Source: Bacteroidales bacterium (lineage in GTDB: Bacteria > Bacteroidota > Bacteroidia > Bacteroidales > VadinHA17). Taken from it: a DNA stretch of 49,132 bases. Position numbers and translations under genes: made by a program. Positions 6,978 to 14,885 of the stretch are shown piece after piece; position 1 is the stretch's first letter; each line of letters begins with the position of its first letter. A model generated the notes under the pieces. It was given only the letters and a program-made list of their open reading frames with translations. It did no database searches and was not told the DNA's origin. The DNA lies in the NCBI GenBank assembly GCA_031396165.1, contig JANNKF010000170.1:1-49132 (forward strand), in the 5' to 3' direction.

Positions 6978-9683
6978 TCAGAAAGAAAAATTATAGGTTA
7001 AACTAGGAAAAGGGATCCCGATTATATATAACATATAGGTATCGTACTGTCTGTATTCAGTTGAAACCATATGTTCTTCTTTTTTATAAAAAGCTGAATA
7101 TGCATTCTTCCTGCCATAGAGATTCACAATGGAAAGAGTCCAACTGCCTTTATATGATTTCTTTATCTTTAAATTCTTATCGTATGTTATTGAAACGTCG
7201 AGCCTGTGATAATCGGGAAGCCTGTATTTATTGCGGTCGGAATAATGTATTAGCTGGTATCCCTGAAAGGTGTACTTATATTCAGGAAGTGTAACCGGGC
7301 GTCCGGTACAATAGGTGAAAGTGCCTCCAAAACGCCAGCGTCTCGATAGATGGTAATTAAAATTTACGATCAGATTATCAGGCCTGTCAAAATCCGATGG
7401 GAAAAACTGATTATTGTTAATTTTTTCAATGTCGAAAATCCCCGCTGTTTTCTGCAAAGAACGCGAATATGTATAACTCAGCCAGCCTGTAAGCTTACCC
7501 GAGTTAATCCTTACAAAAAGTTCCACCCCATAGTTATTGCCGCTTACGCTCAATAAGTCTGCCTCCGGATATGGGTTAAGCAGGATTTTTGCCCCGTTTT
7601 TATAGTCTGTTGCATTTTGCAGCTTTTTGTAGTAAATCTCAATTGATGTTTCAACAATATTATTCTTAAAATTCCTGAAGTATCCTAATGCCAGGTGATC
7701 GCTTCTGAGGGGTCTCAGGTTTGGGGAACTAAGCTTCCATACATCGGATGGGGTCATAACTGCCGTGTTTGAAACCAGGTTAATATACTGATGGATCCTG
7801 TTATAGCTGAATTTAAGGGAGCTTTTATCTGAAATGGAGTATCTCACTGAGAATCTCGGTTCAAGGCCGGAATAAGTACCTATTACTTTATTCCTGCCAT
7901 ACTGAATGGAATCTGTAATTGATCCGCGGCTTTTTGGCAGATCCGGATCAAAAAAGTAAACCTTATTTGGCCCCAGATAAGAATAGTGTGAATACCTCAA
8001 TCCCATATCAATCATTAGTTTTTCACCAATATTGATAATATCTGATATATAGAGAGCGTTTTCGAGGGCTTTCTCCTGTTGAATAGTGACCTGTTCAATA
8101 ACCGATTCACTTTTTAGAGGCTCAATTTCTCCCGGCTTGATGGAATATAAAATACTGTTTAATCCAAAATCAACAGAATGATTTTCAAGGGGGAACCATG
8201 AGAAGCTCATTTTAAGGTTTTTATAGGTCAGTAAGGAATTTATTTTATATGCTTCCCCCGCTCTTGATGAATCTGATTCTGTCAGTGCAAATTTATAATT
8301 GCTCATGCCCGCGCTCATATTCAGCCAGAGGTTTTCACTGAAAAAATGTTTCCATTTTACTGAAGCCAGCAGGTTGCCATATTTATAGTCGGAATTTTTA
8401 GTGAAGCTGAATCTGTCGTTGCTCAGATAGGCAAAAACGCTCAACTTATTAACGGGACTGTGATCGTATGACAAAAGGAAATTTGCATCATAAAAATGTG
8501 CTGAACTGTTTTTCAGATCAATGTCGGGCATCTGGTGCAGCAGCCAGTTAGAATAAGAACTTCTGACGCTTGCAAGCAGTGTCAGTTTTTCACTTTTTAA
8601 TGGCGTTTCAATATATAAACGGCTGTCGATCAATCCTATACCACCCTTAACTGTTGTAATATCTTTATTTTCAGCGCCAAATTTTATGTCCATAACCGAC
8701 GATGCACGTTCTCCGTATCTTGCAGGAATACCGGCTTTAAATAAAGTGACCTCAGAAATACCATCTGCATTTACCACAGAAGTCATTCCAAAAAGATGAG
8801 ATGAATTGAATAAAGGCACATCTTCAAGAAGTATCAGATTCTGATCTGCTCTTCCGCCACGGACATTAAAACCGGTTCCAAACTCACCAACAGTCTGAAC
8901 TCCGGGCACCAGGGTAATACTCTTAATAATATCTGTAACTCCCATTGAAACAGGAAGTTCCTTAATCGATTTTGAATCGAGTTTTACATAACTCATCTGT
9001 GTCCCGGAAACATTCTTGTCGGGACGCTCTGCAGAAATCACAACCTCTCCAAGTTTAATCGCCTTCTCATACAACTCAAGATTCAGGGACCCGTCGTTAA
9101 CCAGTCTTATTTTCTGAGTAATCTCATCATAACCAATATAGCTTAGTCTCACTGTATAGTCGCCAACCGGCGCTTTGATCCGGTAGTTTCCTTTATTATC
9201 CGTCATCACTCCGAGCATTAACCTGTCGATAAAAACTGATGCCCCGGGTAAAGGATCTCCGTTCATCCCATCAACAATCGTTCCCTGAATTGTTGCTTTT
9301 GTAACCTTCCCGAAATCATCGGGATTACCTATAACTATTTCATCCGGGTTCCGCGGCTCCGCAGCGGGTTTCAGTTCCGGTTTAAGAGGAACAAAAATAT
9401 ATAAAACAGAATCGATTGTAAAAATGGAATAATCTGTTTCTGATTTTATTCTTTCGAGTGTTTCAATAAAAGGCCGACTGAGAATAGAGGAGTTAAATCT
9501 TCGCATTTCAAACCATTCCGGTTTGAAAAAGAACCGGACTCCGTATCGTGTTTCAAGCTGACTGGTTACCTGTTCAAATGTCAGGTACGTGACTTCCCTG
9601 AGAGCTTGTGATTCTGCGGATCGTAAAACCGAAAATAGTATAAATACTGTGAAGAGTATTTTAATTTTTACTCTCTTGAACAT
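6978..9683 (-). CDS. TonB-dependent receptor with carboxypeptidase-regulatory-like domain and STN-like N-terminus
   Basis: The track ORF starts at a TTG (9692). The first ATG (9683) gives MFKRVKIKILFTVFILFSVLRSAESQ, a signal peptide. Motifs: GTIVDGMNGDPLPGASVFI...GNYRIKAPVGDYTVRLSYIGY (CarboxypepD_reg), plug region NLILLEDVPLFN, and a long beta-barrel ending in LTYNFSF. Confidence 0.9.
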   Translation of the reverse strand: MFKRVKIKILFTVFILFSVLRSAESQALREVTYLTFEQVTSQLETRYGVRFFFKPEWFEMRRFNSSILSRPFIETLERIKSETDYSIFTIDSVLYIFVPLKPELKPAAEPRNPDEIVIGNPDDFGKVTKATIQGTIVDGMNGDPLPGASVFIDRLMLGVMTDNKGNYRIKAPVGDYTVRLSYIGYDEITQKIRLVNDGSLNLELYEKAIKLGEVVISAERPDKNVSGTQMSYVKLDSKSIKELPVSMGVTDIIKSITLVPGVQTVGEFGTGFNVRGGRADQNLILLEDVPLFNSSHLFGMTSVVNADGISEVTLFKAGIPARYGERASSVMDIKFGAENKDITTVKGGIGLIDSRLYIETPLKSEKLTLLASVRSSYSNWLLHQMPDIDLKNSSAHFYDANFLLSYDHSPVNKLSVFAYLSNDRFSFTKNSDYKYGNLLASVKWKHFFSENLWLNMSAGMSNYKFALTESDSSRAGEAYKINSLLTYKNLKMSFSWFPLENHSVDFGLNSILYSIKPGEIEPLKSESVIEQVTIQQEKALENALYISDIINIGEKLMIDMGLRYSHYSYLGPNKVYFFDPDLPKSRGSITDSIQYGRNKVIGTYSGLEPRFSVRYSISDKSSLKFSYNRIHQYINLVSNTAVMTPSDVWKLSSPNLRPLRSDHLALGYFRNFKNNIVETSIEIYYKKLQNATDYKNGAKILLNPYPEADLLSVSGNNYGVELFVRINSGKLTGWLSYTYSRSLQKTAGIFDIEKINNNQFFPSDFDRPDNLIVNFNYHLSRRWRFGGTFTYCTGRPVTLPEYKYTFQGYQLIHYSDRNKYRLPDYHRLDVSITYDKNLKIKKSYKGSWTLSIVNLYGRKNAYSAFYKKEEHMVSTEYRQYDTYMLYIIGIPFPSLTYNFSF

Positions 9684-9768
9684 TTCAACCAATAATAATT
9701 CACCTTAAAGGTAAAAAATTATTATTAAAAGTATTCAGAGAAAGCGGCAGGATGAAAATTCAGAATAA

Positions 9769-10251
9769 TTATCCTATCCTCTTAGTATAGAACAGTTTAT
9801 CATCCCCCATCTTATAGAAATCTTTTAGTCTCGCTTCAAGATCAAAATTTGTTTTGATATAGAAGGCCCTTGTCGGTTCATAATGAGGAAGCCCCGATGT
9901 TTCGGCAATCAGGATTTTACAGCCCATATTCCTGGCCTGGATCTCAGTTTCATCCATAAGCTTTTTACCAATTCCTTTTCCACGGAAATCATTATGAGTG
10001 GCAATCCAGTAGAGATCAAAACTGGTATCTGACATTAAAATTGATCCGAAACATGAATAGGCAACAGTAACGCCGTCAACCTCTGCAAAAACAAAATAGT
10101 ACCCGGAGGATTCACCCTGCTCAAGACGCTCCACAACAAGATCCACAGCAATCTCAACCTCAGAGTCGTAGAAAAATTTTGTCGATTCGATAATATCTCT
10201 TACGCTTTTAACATCACGCTGATTGGGAGTTGTTCTGAATTTCAGGTCCAT
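9769..10251 (-). CDS. GNAT family N-acetyltransferase
   Basis: 160-aa ORF with ATG start and acetyl-CoA binding motif A: FRGKGIGKKLMDETE. Confidence 0.8.
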   Translation of the reverse strand: MDLKFRTTPNQRDVKSVRDIIESTKFFYDSEVEIAVDLVVERLEQGESSGYYFVFAEVDGVTVAYSCFGSILMSDTSFDLYWIATHNDFRGKGIGKKLMDETEIQARNMGCKILIAETSGLPHYEPTRAFYIKTNFDLEARLKDFYKMGDDKLFYTKRIG

Positions 10252-10385
10252 TTTTTACGGGTCTAAAGTTATAGTGTTATATTATTAACAGGATGCAAAG
10301 ATTGTAAAAAATATTTGATTTTGCCCCTTGTACTGAGCGAATCAGAAGCGTGCTCCCTTCTCCCTGCTCCTTTTCACCACCGATA

Positions 10386-10404
10386 CCACGGATTAACACG
10401 GAAC
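10386..10404. repeat. Short inverted relative of repeat family F3 (CCGTG words with GGTTAA-like core)
   Basis: ACCACGGATTAACACGGAAC is the reverse complement of a condensed version of the 41-bp unit at 11910-11950 (TCCGTGTTA plus ATCCGTGGT). Confidence 0.5.
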
Positions 10405-10520
10405 TCTTTTTACCGCTAAATGCTGCCGATATGTCGTCGCTCTGCGGCTGAAAACCAGATCTCTATCATGATGACTCTCATAGTCTCTTCATCACTTCGT
10501 CTCTTCGTCTTCTTATCTCC

Positions 10521-10576
10521 CATTCTCCCATTCTCACATTCTCCCATTCTCACATTCTCACATTCTCACATTCTCC
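10521..10576. repeat. Tandem octanucleotide repeat (CATTCTCM)x7 inside a ~140-nt polypyrimidine-rich tract
   Basis: Read directly: CATTCTCC CATTCTCA CATTCTCC CATTCTCA CATTCTCA CATTCTCA CATTCTCC. The surrounding 10470-10610 contains almost no G on the plus strand. It lies between the divergent GNAT and beta-propeller genes. Confidence 0.9.
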
Positions 10577-10764
10577 CCTTCACATTCCGCCTTTCCTCCA
10601 TACTACCTGCAATAATATTTGCATTATTCATTCTTATTAACTAATTTTATAGGTGTATACATATTCATCGTTAACCAATTATCATTAACACGAGCTGCCT
10701 TTTGTTTTATATAATTGAATATCAAAATAATATGATGTAATTACTAATCAAATAAATAACCGAA

Positions 10765-11907
10765 ATGAAAACTTCAAAATCAGCAGGAAGGCGACTTGTC
10801 ATTTTTTCAGGACTAATTGCTATTGTAATGTTCATAAGTATCCAGGCTGCAAAAGATACGAAGGCCCGTATTATTAAAATAAATGGGAATGATGTTGTTG
10901 TATGTCCGGTTAACGAAATCAGCGATACAATTTATGTCCCGTTGAGTGAACTGGTTGAGTCGCTCGAAATAGTTAATCTTGAGACAATTACCCCGGCCCT
11001 TATCGAAAATGCATGGTTTACAGATATATCAGATAAATTTATTTGTATTAAAACGCATGGCGCTTTTCCAGCCAAACTTTTTGACCGGAAGGGTAAATTT
11101 ATCTGCGATCTTGGCAAAATCGGCAGGGGGCCGGGGGAATATAGCCAGCTATATGGAATACAGATTGATAACAAGAATGACCTTATATACCTTTCACCAT
11201 TTGCAACCACAAGAAGGATACTTGTTTATGATTCAAAAGGTATTCAGAAGAAGGCGATTCCTCTGGCATTTACGCAGCGTAAATTTAAAGCATTTGTCTC
11301 TGACAAATCGGTTGTCACAGTGCTTTCGATGCCATTCAAAGGCGACTCAACCATATGTTTTCAGCAGACAATTGACGGAAAACTTATTAAGAAAATAGCG
11401 CCAGCTCCTCATATGATCAATAGCAGTTTTGATGGCGAAGTATTTGTTAATCACAGCACTTCTGATTTTGATTTCTATAATACTGCCATTGACACTCTCT
11501 ATCATTACAATACTGTTAAAAATAAACTTGAAGCTAAATTCACATGCGATTTTGGCAGCGAAAAAAAGCCAATATCAGTTCTCCGTGAAGCGCCACTGTT
11601 CTACTACACCGGAGTAAGATCAAAGGAAGGAAAGTGGAACAATCTGCTGGTCAACAAAAAAACCCTTATTTCAAAATACTTCAAAATAAAGAACGATCTG
11701 TTCGGAGGGATAATCGCTTCTCCGGTATTCAATAACGGTTATTTTATTAATAATATTCCGGCAATTTCTCTTAAGAACCAGATAAAATCGGCTCTTAAGA
11801 ATAATAAGATGCCTGAACCGATGCGACAGAAACTGACAGAAATGGATAACAGTCTTAAAATTGATGATAATAATGTGATACTTTTCGGTAAACTGAAACA
11901 AAAGTAA
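10765..11907 (+). CDS. 6-bladed beta-propeller protein (BF3164-like family), membrane-anchored or secreted
   Basis: 380-aa ORF with ATG start and N-terminal hydrophobic segment RRLVIFSGLIAIVMFISIQA. Family signature GKIGRGPGEYSQLYGIQID, recognised from memory of Bacteroides 6-bladed beta-propeller lipoproteins. Confidence 0.6.
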   Translation: MKTSKSAGRRLVIFSGLIAIVMFISIQAAKDTKARIIKINGNDVVVCPVNEISDTIYVPLSELVESLEIVNLETITPALIENAWFTDISDKFICIKTHGAFPAKLFDRKGKFICDLGKIGRGPGEYSQLYGIQIDNKNDLIYLSPFATTRRILVYDSKGIQKKAIPLAFTQRKFKAFVSDKSVVTVLSMPFKGDSTICFQQTIDGKLIKKIAPAPHMINSSFDGEVFVNHSTSDFDFYNTAIDTLYHYNTVKNKLEAKFTCDFGSEKKPISVLREAPLFYYTGVRSKEGKWNNLLVNKKTLISKYFKIKNDLFGGIIASPVFNNGYFINNIPAISLKNQIKSALKNNKMPEPMRQKLTEMDNSLKIDDNNVILFGKLKQK

Positions 11908-11909
11908 AG

Positions 11910-12084
11910 TCCGTGTTACCTCGTGTTTATCCGTGGTTAATTCTTCTTTCCCCTGCCCATGAACCCTGCATAACCGCTTCTTTACCACGGAGTCACACGA
12001 TTTTTTCCGGAGTTTCACGGATTTTATACTCAGTGTTTCTTCCTCCGTGTTACCCCGTGTTCATCCGTGGTTAATTCTTCTTTC
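11910..12084. repeat. Repeat family F3 array: two 41-bp direct repeats with inverted partial copies between them
   Basis: 11910-11950 TCCGTGTTACCTCGTGTTTATCCGTGGTTAATTCTTCTTTC and 12044-12084 TCCGTGTTACCCCGTGTTCATCCGTGGTTAATTCTTCTTTC match 39/41. Between them, ACCACGGAGTCACACGA and CCGGAGTTTCACGGATT are inverted relatives. Confidence 0.85.
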
Positions 12085-12177
12085 TTTCAATGCCGTAAAG
12101 CCTCAAATTTCCTGCCTGAGGCACCCCGCCACTTGCCCGACCTTTTCATATTTAGAATCAGTATAAATAAGGAAGGT

Positions 12178-12186
12178 GGGGGGGGG
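12178..12186. repeat. Homopolymeric G9 tract upstream of a lipoprotein gene
   Basis: GGAAGGT followed by nine G then TAAA, counted across the line break at 12180/12181. It lies 114 nt upstream of the ATG at 12300. Confidence 0.9.
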
Positions 12187-12228
12187 TAAAATGCTTTGTT
12201 AAACTGATTGAATTTAATCTAAACTTTC

Positions 12229-12236
12229 TAACTTTG
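12229..12236 (+). promoter_or_regulatory. Candidate Bacteroidota -7 promoter box (TAnnTTTG)
   Basis: TAACTTTG lies 64 nt upstream of the ATG at 12300. A TTTG at 12195-12198 is too far away to be a canonical -33 element. Confidence 0.3.
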
Positions 12237-12299
12237 GTATAGTATCAAAAACATGAAATAGGAAGGATCAATTATTTATAAACCGAAAAAAATTTAATA

Positions 12300-13535
12300 A
12301 TGAAAAAAAATATATTTCTTCTCATATTCCCACTTATTTCATGCACAAACAGCGAAAAACCAATTTCAGAAAAAATTGATTTCCCCATAACCGTTAATTT
12401 AAATTTATCGGACGCTATTGAAGATTCATTGAATCTGTCAGAAATTGCTGACATTGTTGAATATATTCCATTAAAGACAACTGACAGTTCCTTAATGGAT
12501 TATTTTTGGGACTTTGCAATTACCAAAGACTACTTCTTTATTAAAAATGAATTAAGCGTACTAACATATGATAAATATGGCAATTATGTAAATAACCTTT
12601 TTAAAGTTGGCATTGGTCCTGGAGAGGCAAACGCATATTGCTTAACAGTTGATGAAGATGGTGAACGGGTGTTTATTTTTGACGGCAAAATTAGTAATGT
12701 AAAAATTTACGATTTTAAGGGAACATATATCAACACTATTAAAAAGCCTATTAGGGCACCTGAAAATTGGGGATATTCAATTGGCTTTTTTAACAACAAC
12801 TTACTTGTTCAAACAACACAGAGACCACTTGTGAAGTATCTCTACTCATGTTTTGATTTATCAAACGATTCAATTCGAATACTATGTCAAAATTATAGAA
12901 GCTATAACAAGTCCCAGGAAGGAAAAATTCCTTATGTTCCATATGACTACCATTATCAAATAACAGATTCCACAATCTTATATAAAGAAAGCTACAATGA
13001 TACAATATTTGCAGTTGATAAAAAGTTTAACCAGACTCCACGATATATAATTAACTTAGGTAGTCGAAAATTGGATTGGGATACCTGGAGAGAGTGTGCA
13101 TTCAACTTAGCAGGAGGCCCCCCAAATGGGTACAAGGTTCAATCATTTGTTGAAACTGAATCTTTCTTGTTTTTGGTTTTACAATCATTCAAAGAACCTC
13201 AAATATTTGCTGTATTCAACAAGATTACAAATTCAACCCGTATTTTTAAAAATAATGATCGGGATCCTTCTAACAAACAGGTGTTTTTGAAAAATAATCT
13301 GGATAATATTATCCCATTTCCTCCTATGAATAAAAGTGGGTATCTTTTTTATTATGAGGGTTGTTTATATAGTGTCATTGAAGCAAAAGACTTTATGGAA
13401 GCTTACCTATCAGCTACAGAAAAGACAAAAAAAAGTTCAAAGTATCTAAAATCCATGGAATCTGCATTCAGTTCAATTGATGAATTCAGTAATCCAATTA
13501 TTATGAAAGTATATCTTAAATATTTAATTAAATGA
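12300..13535 (+). CDS. 6-bladed beta-propeller lipoprotein (BF3164-like family)
   Basis: 411-aa ORF with ATG start and lipoprotein signal MKKNIFLLIFPLISC. Family signature KVGIGPGEANAYCLTVD. It is a paralogue-like neighbour of 10765-11907. Confidence 0.6.
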   Translation: MKKNIFLLIFPLISCTNSEKPISEKIDFPITVNLNLSDAIEDSLNLSEIADIVEYIPLKTTDSSLMDYFWDFAITKDYFFIKNELSVLTYDKYGNYVNNLFKVGIGPGEANAYCLTVDEDGERVFIFDGKISNVKIYDFKGTYINTIKKPIRAPENWGYSIGFFNNNLLVQTTQRPLVKYLYSCFDLSNDSIRILCQNYRSYNKSQEGKIPYVPYDYHYQITDSTILYKESYNDTIFAVDKKFNQTPRYIINLGSRKLDWDTWRECAFNLAGGPPNGYKVQSFVETESFLFLVLQSFKEPQIFAVFNKITNSTRIFKNNDRDPSNKQVFLKNNLDNIIPFPPMNKSGYLFYYEGCLYSVIEAKDFMEAYLSATEKTKKSSKYLKSMESAFSSIDEFSNPIIMKVYLKYLIK

Positions 13536-13829
13536 TATAATTTAAGAATTGAATTACTTCCCGCTAATAGTAATGTAATTCAATCTATACGAATTAAACC
13601 CAATTTAATTAATCCATATTTGCTTGTCTATCAAATTTCAGACACTCTCTTGATGTTTGTTAAGTAATATTTAAAAATACACTTGCTTCAGGCTCCCAAT
13701 CATAAGAGTATAGTTTTAAATGGCATAACTGTCTCAACGAATATTTTAGTCGTAGTGGTTTCATTTTTCCGTTTTATTTTTTTATATTTATAACCATGTA
13801 ATACAAACCTCATTTAAGCTCCTGCAACA

Positions 13830-14885
13830 ATGAAAGTCAGATATCCGGTTATATTATTGCTGATCATAACGATTTCCTTTTCCTGCAAACCCAATGCCAC
13901 CGAAAATCTCGAAGAAATGGCCCGCCGAACTTCACGTCCAGAAGCGGTGCTGGTGAAAACGGTTAAACTCGAACCTTCAACATTTTACCATGAACTGATT
14001 AGCAACGGAAAAGCTTTCTCATCTGAAAAAGCTGTTATCCCTTTTAAGGTGAATGGAATAATTAAAGAGCTTCTTGTTCAGAATGGACAGAAAGTCAAAA
14101 CGGGTGATCTGATTGCTGTTATTGAGGATTTTGATTATAAGACAAAACTTATTCAGGCAAAACAGGGACTGGAGAAAGCTGAGATAAACTTCAAAGATGA
14201 TCTCCTTAGCAACTTCACTACTTCAGATACTACAAACCTGTCGGCTGCTAAAATCAAGATCTCCCGCATCCGCAGCGGTCTGAACGATGCTATTACCGCT
14301 CTTTCTATTGCTGAATATAATTACAATAATACCCGGATTTATGCTCCTCTGAACGGGGTTGTTGCCAACCTCGAAGCCAAACAATGGAACCCAAGTCTTA
14401 ATTATAAAAATCTCTGTACTGTTATTTTCGATGAGGTTATGGAGGTTGAGTTCCCTGTGATCGAATCTGAATATAGTTTTATTAATAAAGGAATGCAAGT
14501 CGGTATCGTGCCGTTTATAAATGACAGCACACTCATTTCAGGAAGGATTAAAGAGATTAACCCGCAGGTGGATGAAAACGGTATGGTTAAGGTAAAAGCT
14601 CAGTTTCAGAACAATGGCCGCCTCATCGATGGAATGAATGTGAAAATTGTTATCAGGAAGCCTGTCCCAAACCAGCTTGTAGTTCCCAAAGAGGCCCTTG
14701 TGATCCGGCAGGGAAAAGATGTGATCTTTGTACGTCAGGATTCTCTGGCCATCTGGAAATATGTTACTGTGGAGTTCGAGAACAGTACAAGCCTGTCGAT
14801 CAAAGAGGGACTTGCTGAAGGTGATCTTATAATAATAAGCGGGAATATAAACCTCGCTCACGAAACCACAGTAAGGGAACAATGA
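13830..14885 (+). CDS. Efflux RND transporter periplasmic adaptor subunit (membrane fusion protein)
   Basis: 351-aa ORF with lipoprotein signal ILLLIITISFSC. MFP-type motifs GQKVKTGDLIAVIED and IYAPLNGVVANLE. Its stop overlaps the next gene's start by 4 nt (ATGA at 14882-14885). Confidence 0.85.
   Translation: MKVRYPVILLLIITISFSCKPNATENLEEMARRTSRPEAVLVKTVKLEPSTFYHELISNGKAFSSEKAVIPFKVNGIIKELLVQNGQKVKTGDLIAVIEDFDYKTKLIQAKQGLEKAEINFKDDLLSNFTTSDTTNLSAAKIKISRIRSGLNDAITALSIAEYNYNNTRIYAPLNGVVANLEAKQWNPSLNYKNLCTVIFDEVMEVEFPVIESEYSFINKGMQVGIVPFINDSTLISGRIKEINPQVDENGMVKVKAQFQNNGRLIDGMNVKIVIRKPVPNQLVVPKEALVIRQGKDVIFVRQDSLAIWKYVTVEFENSTSLSIKEGLAEGDLIIISGNINLAHETTVREQ

Noticed and set aside
9684-9692. 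Extended non-ATG starts offered by the ORF track (TTG at 9692, TTG at 34674, TTG at 26288, GTG at 47954, and the ATG at 40630)
   Set aside because: In each case a downstream ATG immediately precedes a clean signal peptide or TM segment. The upstream extension adds non-signal residues or lies inside a repeat, so the ATG starts 9683, 34626, 26249, 47969 and 40684 are preferred.
10420-10644. 74-aa ORF with repetitive ILPFSHS-type sequence
   Set aside because: It is encoded by the (CATTCTCM)x7 microsatellite and polypyrimidine tract, a low-complexity artefact.
13548-13584. 10-bp stem hairpin (ATTGAATTAC / GTAATTCAAT) after the second beta-propeller gene as an intrinsic terminator
   Set aside because: No T-tract follows (CTATACGAATT), the stem is AT-rich and the loop is 17 nt. 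It is possible but not supportable. The same applies to the AT-only hairpin at 9691-9726.
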